Source of the DNA: Octopus sinensis
Taxonomy: Eukaryota
Length of the DNA: 64,000 nt
Assembly (NCBI RefSeq): GCF_006345805.1
Contig: NC_043013.1
Location: 49,352,001-49,416,000 of the forward strand
Direction of reading: 5' to 3'
The notes beneath the pieces were generated by a model. The model was not told the DNA's origin. It worked only from the letters and a program-made list of their open reading frames with translations, and did not search any database. The position numbers were made by a program, and so were the translations under genes. Below are positions 11,520 through 24,169 of the stretch, piece after piece; position 1 is the stretch's first letter; each line of letters begins with the position of its first letter.

Positions 11520-14342
11520 AATATTAGCAACTCTAAAGACAGGTTGGCCAGGTGTATATAACGCTAGCCTACTGAGACTATGCACTTCCAGCCAGAATGT
11601 TGGAATAGTCATCAATATTGAACACAAAACTGATGGTAACATTCTGAATAGTTATATATCATAACCAATAGTATATTATCTCAATAATACATACACACAC
11701 ACACACACACATATTGCATCATTTCCATTATATATTTATTTATAATAGTGTGCATAAATATAATTATATACCTGTGTATTTATATCCAGAATGTTTAAAT
11801 AAATACTATATGAATTTGCACTTTTCGTTAAATTTAATTCATTCAAAATAATAATACAGAGAAATCACAATAATTATTCTAGCTTTGCTTTTCAAAACAA
11901 AAACTAACACATTCATATTTAGCTATAAAAAATAACTTAGAATAATAAAAAATTAAATAATAATCTTTTACATAATAATACTGGTATTTTGGTGAATAAT
12001 TTTAATCTAAATATTTGAAACCAAAATTTACTTTTAACTAATATAACATACCTGAGCTATATAAACATTTTGTACACTATTTATCATCAATCTACTAAAG
12101 CATTTCAGAAAATGTTTATAGTTTAAGGAAAAGAAATAATACATTTCATTAAAATGAACAAAAATATTTGAGATTATATAAAAAAAAATTAATAAATTTG
12201 GTAAAACACTTTTGGAAAAAATTATTTTGAGACAAAAATTATTTTTCCTTAAAATAAAATACTTATGAAATATAAATCTCAGACAAAAAGAAAAAAAAAC
12301 TTTATCTACTTTAAAATCCATAATATAATCATAATAAAAATTTAAATACATATCATGTGTATGAATAAAGATTTAAAAATAATAATTTTCTTTTATATGG
12401 GAGCAATAATCTTGTAGCATCTAATTCCAGTTATTTAAATATCTGGATATCATACAATATATTCTGGATTGTATAATCATTTGTAATGCAATTAATTGCA
12501 AAATTTAAATTAAAATATCAATTTTATTTTAGAAAATCTTAATACACAACTGTTCATATAATTGGATTTAAAATTATGAAATAAAATCTTACTATGATAT
12601 TATTGTCATATACAGCATTAGATTTAATTAACTATAATAGATTATAATATCATAGCTGTTAATATTAATTAGAAAGATATTTAGTGCAATTTTCATTTTA
12701 AGGTGTAGAAAGTCAAATGAAATTTTGCTGAGATCATTTATATTTGTTATTTTTTAAATACTGCTATAGAATGTTTTAGATAATTAAATATACCTCTACT
12801 CAAAAGGATATATATAAAAAAAGATTAAATATTAATTTAATTTTTTAAAAAAACTTTACATGATTTTTTTTTATTCTTTTGTTTTTATATGGCTTTACAG
12901 TTATATGTTTATGTAAGAATTTGTATTAAAATGTATTTTGTGAAATGACCAGTTAAATGTAGCTCTTTTAACAAAAAATGTGTCTGCATGTGGCATGACA
13001 ATGTGCTTGATCACATGCACAACAGCAAGACAAGGCAGATTGAGAGTGGCATAGCTCCAACCTAATAGTCAAATTCCACATGCAACAATGCAGTAAAAAA
13101 TAATGAAAATAACTGTGCAGACCAGAAATATAAATAACAATTAAAATAGGTTTTTAAAAATTATATGAAATGGTATAACAACAGATTATGATTTAAATAT
13201 TATTGTTTGAAGAAAGTAAATTATTAGGACCAAAAGTTAAAATAAAAGTTAGTGCAGGATACAAATAAAAACTGATGGTCACAAGCATTCATGATGTCTA
13301 AAAGTGTAAAGTAGGAACACACAACATTTGTAAAGGCCACAGTTATTGAAACAGTGGCATCCTTATTTTAAATTTTGACTAGTTCTCTTTAGAAAAGGTA
13401 CAGAAGGAAAGTCAATTTCTAAACTATTGAAAACAGGTATTAAAAATTAAATTCAAATCAATGATTGCTAAATAATTTTCAAGTCCCAAACTTTAAAGTA
13501 TAAATATCTTATAAATAAAAGATATTGTAAACTAATAAAAAGGAATAAGACTTCTTAATGACTTTTGTTTTCATTTATGAAACTCCAGTTAACTTCTTTG
13601 CTTAGAAACATCACTAAGTTAATTTTGGTATTTGAATGAATGTAGAGTAATCATGACTTGAACAACATTTAGGCTCTCTATTGCTTTCCTTTTACACATT
13701 TTTGCTTTCTTTTTTTTCTTTTCTTTTTACTAATATGATTATTCAATAATGATTTCTGAAGACAAAATATAGTATTGACAAAACTGAACATTTTTCTGAA
13801 CTTTAATAAATATTAAATAATTCGTATGTTTAATAGCAGTCTGAATACCAGTTTCTATACTAGTTGACAGCAAGATGAGCACTGTCCATTTCAGAAAATT
13901 TTAATGAAATTTTCTCTGGATTGTCAGTGGTTTTCAAAATGAAAAATCTTCAACATTCTTCAAGAGATCAATGTTTCTAATAGAAATCCATTATAATTTT
14001 AACTCTATTCTTGATTTCAAATTGTTTTATAAAAATAAGTTATATTTGTAAAGGTATGTTTGCTTTGATAGGGCTTGTGTCTTTATTGCACATGCAGTGC
14101 TGTCGTCAATTGACAATCAATCTACTAGAAAAAGGAATGCATTGCAAAAAGGCACAAACTTGGTTCAAAAGATGTACATCAGCTGATGTTAGTCCTTAGA
14201 AGGAAAGAACAAGCTGAAATGTTCACAACCCCCATTATTTAACAATTTGTCATAATTGCACAAGATCAAAGCCATAACCTATTAAAGAAAAGAAAAAATG
14301 ATATTTTAAAAGATGATAGAATTTATGTTCATATATATATAT

Positions 14343-14376
<34 letters not shown>

Positions 14377-14440
14377 ATATATATATGAACATACACACAC
14401 ACACACACACACAAACACACATATCCATATATATATATAC

Positions 14441-14491
<51 letters not shown>

Positions 14492-15188
14492 ATCCACAGC
14501 ACCGATATTATGATCCAAGTTAATTAGATATAATTTTAATGATTAGTAGAGTCAAAGATAAGGTAGATTACTGCTAATTTTCCAATAAACTTTTAAAATT
14601 TCCTATATAACAGATCTAGATCGATAGAGTTTATAGATTAGGGACCAAACATTAATAAAAAATAAACATGTAACTTTATTAAAATAATAGAATATGTTAA
14701 AATATATAACTACTGTATAATCATATCTGCTTTTTTATAAATTCACCAGAATCTCAAACAATGTTGAAATAATATACATGTATTATAAAACAAACACAAA
14801 TATAACAAACGTTATTCACAGCAAAGCACCCTACTACAAAAACATTTGTGAGTATGGATATCGGATATCTATTTGTCATATTCAGTTACAACACTTAAGA
14901 ATATAATTTTTCTCTTTCACTTTGATTTTCCATACAAAAACAAAAAGTATACGAAATTTAATTTTTAAAACTATGACAATTTATGAAGAGTTTTATGAAT
15001 TTTGAGGTCTTGAATATGGATTGGTTTAATAAAATGTTTACAATGTTTAATAACATTTTTACAAGCACTGATCACACAGCTACACTTAGGTACAATATAT
15101 ATACATATTTGTGTGTGTATGTGCATACACATAAATACATACATGTATATGTATACACACACACATATATATACACATGCATATATAA

Positions 15189-15221
<33 letters not shown>

Positions 15222-15880
15222 TATGTGTATATAAATATATATACATTCAATATATATATATATATATGTATGCAATGTATAAATATATATTAAATATGTA
15301 TACACACATATATGTGTATATATATATATATATATAAAGTATTACTACTACCATCACTCAGACTCAAGGATAAATTCACTGATTGTATCATGCTTTCACT
15401 AAACAAATACATAATATTTAAACAATAATTATATATACAATATATATTTATATCATATATACAAATATATATATGTATGTATATTCTCACTCTCTCACTC
15501 TTCCTTTGTCCCATTTCTCATTATATATATATATGTATGTGTATGTGTGTGTATGTATATATATCCACATGCACACACATACATATACACACATATACAC
15601 ATACACACACATATATATACATATATATATATACACATACACACACACACACACACATATACGTCAATAGAGACATGGATAACTAGTTTGGAATTCAATC
15701 CCAGTGCATAAACTGTGCCATAGCCTCCACTTGACCATTAGCTCCTGGTTGAAATTTGCTCGATGGAAATTGTGCGAAGGACCATTGTTATAATATATAT
15801 ATACACACAATCACACATATATAAATATATATATATATATATAATATATATATATATTATATATATATATATATAGGTTC

Positions 15881-15911
<31 letters not shown>

Positions 15912-16057
15912 AACATATATATATAAAATAGATAAACAGAGCCTGAAAGACTGCTTTAAGATACATGGCACATTATTTTATATATATGTCTGCTCAAGTA
16001 TCATAATAGCATGAAACTATTAGTAGCTCTTTCTATTGTATATTTAATTTGATAAAC

Positions 16058-16098
<41 letters not shown>

Positions 16099-16329
16099 AA
16101 TACACATATACATATATATGTGTGTGTGTATGTGTGTGTGTGTGTGTGTGTGTGTAAGATACAATATAGGTTTGAGAGAAGGAACTGACCCGAATGCATG
16201 GGAATACATATATTTAATTGGCCGAAAGTTACAAAAGTTGCTGAGAGTACCAAGCTTTTCAAGCATGGAGCATATCATACCTATGAACCTATGATGTTTT
16301 ATATGTTTTGCATATATACATATATATAC

Positions 16330-16362
<33 letters not shown>

Positions 16363-16422
16363 ACCTATGATATTATATGTTTTACATATATATATATATA
16401 CAAATACATATATACATACATG

Positions 16423-16459
<37 letters not shown>

Positions 16460-16496
16460 CCTATGATATTAGTATGGTTTACATATACATACATTA

Positions 16497-16540
<44 letters not shown>

Positions 16541-16598
16541 TACACACAGAGATTCATGCATGTATGTATATATACATACACACATACAAATATGTATG

Positions 16599-16648
<50 letters not shown>

Positions 16649-19600
16649 CACACACGCATATATATATGTACATATGCTTACAACAGTACAAAGTTAGACT
16701 TGAAGGTTTATATATGTAATATAGTCAAATAGGTAAGTACTTAATTTGAATTTATCTAATATAAGGTGAGAGTACCTAGTTCTATCCTATTTTGACTCCT
16801 TGGTATGACTTTACTCCCTCATCATAAGGCATAATGCAGCAAACTAGCTTAAGAGAAAAAAATATTGTAAAAGAGCTGGTGCTTCTAAGGCGAAGTGCAA
16901 TGCATAGATTTTCATTGGCTCATGAATTATCACAGGATCTCATTTAACCAATTGAATTTCTTGAATACACAAGCAGAGAATATTTCATGTTTCAATTTCC
17001 ATAAATAAGTATAAAATATCAAAATACATTTTATGTAAAATACAATTACAAAAATTATAATTAGAGAAAAATGTGAAAATTTGAAAGTGAATACCTATTT
17101 CATTCCTTAATATAAATAATAAAAGTACATAATGGAAAGTTAACCAATAAAATTATTTTCTGAGATTTTGATAGAAGAATCTATTTCAGAAGACACAAAA
17201 AAGATATTCAGGAACAGTGTTTTGCACAATTTACATTGATAGCTGTACATTTGTGGTGATTTACAACTCACATTTAGTTTTTGTTTTATGTTTATTAAGC
17301 ATTATGTGATCATTAAAATGGAGAGAAAACATTTTGATAGTCTTTCAAAGCCAAATTTTGTTTCCATTAGTGAGGGATCTTTATAGAAGTTTAATGATGA
17401 AAGACAAAAAAAAAAACTTACAGGCAAAAAATATAATGTAAATATATGTAGTTAGTATTGATAACTAATTTTTTTTATTAGTCTTCAACATAATTATCAT
17501 TGTTATCATCCTCTTCACCAACATCACGACTACTACCACAACCATCAGCATCATTACTATCATCAACCTGATAAACATTTGAATAGACTATTTATCCCAA
17601 CTTGAAGAATATAATATTTATAGTTTTGTTTTTGTTTTTTTTTTGACAGCTTTTTTTGTTTTTTGTTGCTCTTTTCTTTTTCTTTTTTTTTTCTTTTTTT
17701 CTGTATTTATTTATTGATTTACTTTTTTTTTGTAAAGTGATATTTTCTGTTCTGGGAAAACAAAACATATCTTAACATAATCTGTCATTGAAAATTGATA
17801 TTTCTGTCCATCACGTTACTTGTAGTTTTATTTCCAGCAATAACAATTTCTTTAATTAATACTTTAACTCTGTATTTCTCTGCCAAATGGAGCCAATAAA
17901 TAACCAAAGATCACTCTCATAAGACAGTGCAAAAATAATGTTATTAACAACAATAAATTTAAAAGAAAACTGAATACTCTCAGAGTAGTAATATTACATA
18001 CTATTCTGAAATGTAAATTATGAAGTAAATGGACAACACTAAAAAGGAGAACATACAACAAAATATATGAACTGTAATTTAATGAGAAAGAGAATAAAAA
18101 TGTTGATAGACTGCAATTTAAAAAATAATGCAATTGTTGCTGAGCACACATTTTTGTTAAGTATTAATGAGAGCTGAGCCCATTCATAATGGTAATTTTT
18201 TTGTCAAACTGAATATTTACTACTTCTATAGCTACTACATGGATTTTTGCATATAGTACAAACAATATTAACTAAATTTAACAATGCAGACAAGAAATGC
18301 AACAGACAACACTTGACATAACAAAATATCACAAAGATATCACACAAAGGTATCACAATTAGAAAGCAATAAGACAAAATAAAAGTGATAAAACTTTTTA
18401 AAACTCAGAAGTCTTAATTTTTTTTCCTTGCTACCGTTAGATTGAATAGATTTATTGCTTACATGAATCAACACATTTCAAGTGTGCGATATCAAATTTT
18501 AAGTTGATAATTATTATAGAAATTCTAAAATGTATAAAATAGTCAATATGATCTACTTGGGATAAATTATTTGCAAAATTCATACATCAAAATAACAAAT
18601 ACATCCCATATTTGGCACAAAGATAAAAAAATAATCTTCTCAATATTTTATTTATAATCTTTCTTGTTTTATAACATCCATTCTTAACAACCATACTGAT
18701 AATTTATTTTTGAAACAAATTTTTACAAGAAAGAATTTATACATTTTTAAGGAAGACAGAATGGAAAAATAAGTTGAGCAAATGTTCAAATTTTAAACTA
18801 CTACTATCAGATAAATAAGAAGACTTTTGAAGAGTAAAAGAATTTATTTTAATCATTCTTTACCAAGAAGAACCAACTAGAAATTTACAAACCACACAAC
18901 CATTAGGCAACTACAGTGCAGATAGTTCAAATGGATATAAACCTAAATTTTTAAATAATATATTCCTTGAAGATTATAGAATTCAAAAGAAATACCTCAG
19001 TTTTGATTGTTCACATGTAGCTTCTTCTAAGAGATCAAAAGGACTGTGGTGCACCATGCTTTATCAAACGTAAGTTGTCAAATTTACACAGGTAACTAAT
19101 AGTTTTAACAATAGAAATATTTATAATCAATATTTTTTAAAGATAAGTATTGGCCCATGACTCCAATAATTAATTAATTTTCAAACTAAATATATTTTGA
19201 GCTGAAATATTATTTTATGTTAAAAAAGATAAAAGTTTTTTTGTTTACATTCACAATATTATGAAATGGTGATTGATATCAAGGTGTAGTTACAAGTGCT
19301 TTACAGGAATGCTTTTTGAGAAGACAAAAAACAAAATATTATTGACAGTTAATTTACATCCCTTTATTTACAACAAGGAATGAAATGGTATGTTTACCAT
19401 TTTGAATTTATTTTATTTCATACTACTAAATCTGAAAATATCATCTAGTACTATCAAATTAATTTTGCAAAAACTACAAAAATTAAAGAAATAGTACAAA
19501 ATTTGCTCCTCCCATCAAATTATAATATAAAAATAATACTGTATTTATCAGTATCATAAATTCAATTTTAGTTTACAGTTATTCATCAAATAGATTCAAT

Positions 19601-20578
19601 TTTAACTATTAGATATTTTCTATAAGTGATATCCTCAAAGAAAAGTAAATGATCTTTGTTCTTTTTTGTTTGTTTGCTGTTTTTTTTCTTTCTTCGCAAA
19701 TAACTTTAATTAACATACCCCAGCCACAAGAAATAAAGAGCTGACAAAGAAATCATCTATCAACACAATACCGAATTGTAGAAAGTTTTAAATAATTTTT
19801 TTGTTTTTAGTCTCTTTGGTCGCTTACATTTCAACAGCAATCTGATTTAAATCTGGCACAGCTTGATCATAGAAAAGAATAATAGAAAATAAGCCATTTA
19901 CGTTTTTAAATAGATGTAAGAATTTTTAGATTTTTATTTTCCATTTAAAATGGACTCAGCTGTTGGAAAACATTTCATTAATGAATCAAGAAACCCCAAG
20001 AAATAAACCCTGATATATACAACACATGAATGTGAGAGATTTGGTATGATGTGTGTGTGTACATCAGAAGAGATAAACATTTACACACATGAAGTAATAT
20101 ATAAATATAAATTGTCTCTAACAGAAATAGAATAAAGTTGCAATCATTTATATACACTATCAATGTACTGTCTCACTTCACCTGACAACGGTGATAGTTT
20201 AAGGAAAACTAAAGTCCAAGAGACATTTCGTTGTATGTATATTTGTACAAATGGTTAAATGAGATCACCATTTTAATTGTATGCATGAATTATGAGCGAT
20301 ATGTTTAAGCATATTTCATCATAGAATGGCACACACTTTTAGCCAAATTAAAATAGTCATACATAAAGAATAATAAGAGTGATTTATTAGTTTAGAGTTA
20401 TTTTGGTTGAACTTGTAAATCTAGACTATTTTCTAATAATAAAATAACTGGGTAGCATGAACAAATCTACCTATATTTTTATGTGTCTACATCATTAGTA
20501 TAAAATTGTCAAGAGCATATATATATTATATACACACATATACATCTATATATATGCATGCATACATATATACATAAT

Positions 20579-20616
<38 letters not shown>

Positions 20617-20651
20617 CAAATACACACATATATATGTATATATATACATAA

Positions 20652-20692
<41 letters not shown>

Positions 20693-21123
20693 AATAGATA
20701 AATATATATATATACACATATATGCATTAATATATATATATATATATACACACTCACACACGTATGTATATGTAAAATTAGTGATATAAGAAAATGGAGA
20801 GTTAAAGATGTATATTTAATTTATTTGCATCACAGTTTGTTTTTAAGATATAAATACAAATAAAATTTTTAAAAACACACTAGGAGACTCAGAAACCTAC
20901 ATATATTTCGATTCTAGCCCGTCGGTAATACATAATTCAAAACATTTGAGTTAAATCCAATGTTAAGTATTTAAGCTGTAAGCGGTAGAGTCACTTCAGG
21001 GTTTTATTTATATTTATTTCTTAAAAACAAACTATGTTGCAAATAAATTAAAAATAAATCTTTAAATTTATCAATCCCTAATTATCCTTGAATTGACTGA
21101 CTATACATACATATATGTATATA

Positions 21124-21173
<50 letters not shown>

Positions 21174-21185
21174 TCACACACACAA

Positions 21186-21227
<42 letters not shown>

Positions 21228-21277
21228 TAATATATATAATATATATATATATAATATATATATAATATATATAATAT

Positions 21278-21335
<58 letters not shown>

Positions 21336-22664
21336 TATATTTACATATATATATACATACACATATGCTCTGTGTGTGTGTGTATGTGCATGTATGTATT
21401 CATATGTATGTAAATATGTGTATGTAAATAAAGTATTTATGAATAACTATAGAGCAACATATAGGTAAACTAATTTCTATATAATTATATTTAGGACATA
21501 TGTGATGAACTATGATATAAGATGCTTTGATTTCTGATATTAATCTTGCAATAAAAATAATGTATGTTTTAGAAGCAAACATTTTTTACTATAATGAACT
21601 ACTTCTATTACAACATGTATTATTACATGATGCAAATTTTCTAAAATATTTGATACTATAAAATAGCAAGCAAGGCAAACTCTGGTCTGTGTTTACACAT
21701 AAGAAACTGCACATATGTAGAGGTTAATTTTATAGATAATGTGTGTGTGAGTGGTGTGTATGTGTGTATATGTTTGTACACAATATATATTTATGTATTT
21801 AAGTAGATATCAATATTTATGAACACTTGTCATCATAATACACCTCATTTGCTACTTATAATTGTATAAGGTTTCTCCGAGTAACTAGTAACAAAAATGG
21901 GATTTAGATTATCAATATAGGAACATTTTAAATTCTAGTTCTGTTCATTCGTCAATTTGATTTTTTCATAATAAACACCACAGATTTTTTTTATATAAAA
22001 TTATCAAAGTAGTACCTCAGAAAATAAAATTAAAATATAAAGTATTGGGGACTTAAGTTTTACAATTGCAAATTTGATTGAAAATTTATTACTTTACTTT
22101 ATTTATTACTTTATTTTATTTATCACTTTATTTATATCATTACCTAAAGGTATATACATGGATACATCTGCATAAATGTAGATGTATCATGTATTCAGAT
22201 AAGTTCATCAGTTTTAATAACAACTCAGTTACTATATGAATTGATATATTATCTAAAAGGTTAGAAAGGTAAGTTGATAAGTATGCAAACATGCAAATCA
22301 CATACACACACACTAGCACACAGAGACTTAAGTATTTAGATGAGTGAAATATTGGCCAACATTAAGGTTGAGCACTCCACTCTAACTGCAGGATATTTTA
22401 AGAAATAGGTGCAACTAAACTTCTACTTGATAGGGTAAACATTCCAACATCACCACAAATTTTGGTTAGTGCTCAAACGCAGTAGCTCACACAGAACACA
22501 GTGGAAAATAGTTGTAGGTAAACACAATGATTAACTAAATGTACACATGATCAAGCACGTGAAAATGTATGAAATAAGACATAAACATTATGAATAACAG
22601 TAGATCAGATTGCTGTAGTGGCTTTTCGTGATCTCGATATTTAAATGGTCCAAACGTCATCTAC
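11520..22664 (-). other. Putative long 3' UTR or constrained downstream region of the PCBP gene
   Basis: Lies directly downstream of the exon B stop and is nearly devoid of the SINEs that are dense on both sides. The 3' end is undetermined. Confidence 0.35.
20893..21005 (-). ncRNA. Degenerate type I minimal hammerhead ribozyme (Penelope-type)
   Basis: AAACC-CUGAAG(U)-GACUCUACCG...CGGGCUAGAAUC-GAAA-UAUAU-GUA-GGUUU. Stems I and II and the palindromic stem III are present, with two deviations from consensus. Confidence 0.5.
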
Positions 22665-22701
22665 CTAGCGAATTCCCATTCCACAAACTTCTGTTGTTAT
22701 C
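22665..22701 (-). CDS. PCBP3: Alternative last coding exon B of the same PCBP gene: (R)ITTEVCGMGIR*
   Basis: Acceptor ttttgtgtctttgtAG|G ATA ACA ACA GAA GTT TGT GGA ATG GGA ATT CGC TAG in phase 2. The peptide aligns with recalled vertebrate PCBP C-termini (PCBP3 RLTSEVTGMGTL, PCBP1 RLSSEKGMGCS). Confidence 0.78.
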
Positions 22702-23127
22702 CTACAAAGACACAAAATCACGCTTCAGGCTGCAGGGCAACTGCAGAGAGAATTTCTTTGGAATAGAATCATAAGTGACATGAAAGTAAAAAGTAAAAGA
22801 AAAATGGACATCAACAAGGAAAACAAATACCAGGGTATCTCCACAAATTTGTTGTTCAGTCAGTTTAAATAGATATGAGATATTAAAATGATCCATAAAT
22901 TTTTGTTAAAATGGAGATAGCTCTAATTAAAATAAGTTTTGTATGTTGATTATATACTGTAAAAATGTAATTTATTCTTTAAAAACTCATGCCAACTGAG
23001 TAAGTACTAGACAAATTCACCAGTTTAAAATGTGCAAACTACATGCTAATATAATATATTTCAATATTCATTTCTTTTATTGAAATATCAATGTTACAAA
23101 AACTATGAAATAAAAATAGTGAATAAC

Positions 23128-23137
23128 GATGATGATG

Positions 23138-23204
<67 letters not shown>

Positions 23205-23351
23205 TGATAATAATAATGATGATGATGATGATGACGATGGCGATGATGACAATGGCGATGATGATGATGAGGAGGATAATAATAACAACAACAATAACAA
23301 CAACAATAACAACAGCAACAATAAATAATAATAATAATAATAATAATAATG

Positions 23352-23402
<51 letters not shown>

Positions 23403-23405
23403 TAA
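23128..23405. repeat. Compound (AAT)n/(GAT)n/(AAC)n microsatellite between exons A and B
   Basis: Directly visible. Confidence 0.95.
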
Positions 23406-23916
23406 CAAAAATGGTAGCCGTGGTAACAATATCAATCAAAATGATAAACTAAAAAGCATAATAATCAAATTTATTAGGTGATTAAACATAATGGAAGTAA
23501 ATAAATGAATATTGAAAATGCATTGGTATAAAGGTTGGTAAGGAAAAGTACTCTGACTGACAACATAATTGGAATGTTGGAGATGGGCCTACATTGTTAA
23601 AATGTCCATTGTAGGTAAACCAAAACATGATATCTTATTATTATCACTTCATTCCATCATTATTTCACTTTTTACACATTTACAGAAAAAAATTTTTGGC
23701 ATCTTGCACATATCTTTCTACAAAATATAGACCTCAGCTAGTAAATTTGTGGATATTAGACAAATAACATCCTCTTCAATTACTGTAATCTTTTCCATTT
23801 TTCTTCTATAATGTCTGTCAATAAATATAGTTGTCTTCACACATAGGAAAATCTTGGATGACTCCATTTCAAGTGAACTAGAAAGTCTTAGTAGAAGTAG
23901 ATGTGGTATTTCAACA

Positions 23917-24169
23917 TTAGTAAGGTGCAAATTTTGCTCGTTCCACTTTCTTCAATGCACTATTAGCCGTCACCCCAACCCGCATTTTGGCCGTAAAATG
24001 TTTGCGATCATTATTCAGGTCGAATACACCTGGGACATTTAAATACGGCATTGGTTTCACCAACTGATTCAGCGGGATGGCCAAGGGATGATGGGACTGA
24101 ACAGAGGTCAAGGACGTGGTTGTTGGGGTTGAGGCCGGGTCAAGGGTCAAATTCTTATGCATTTCCATG
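23917..24169 (-). CDS. PCBP3: Alternative last coding exon A of a poly(rC)-binding protein (PCBP3/mub family): (S)MEMHKNLTLDP...KKVERAKFAPY*
   Basis: Acceptor ctccctctcccatttttctacAG|C ATG GAA (AG at 24170-24171) in phase 2. 253 nt open to TAA at 23917-23919. GC-richer non-repetitive island. SMEMHK resembles the post-KH3 SVELQK tail recalled for insect mub. Same phase as exon B. Confidence 0.8.
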
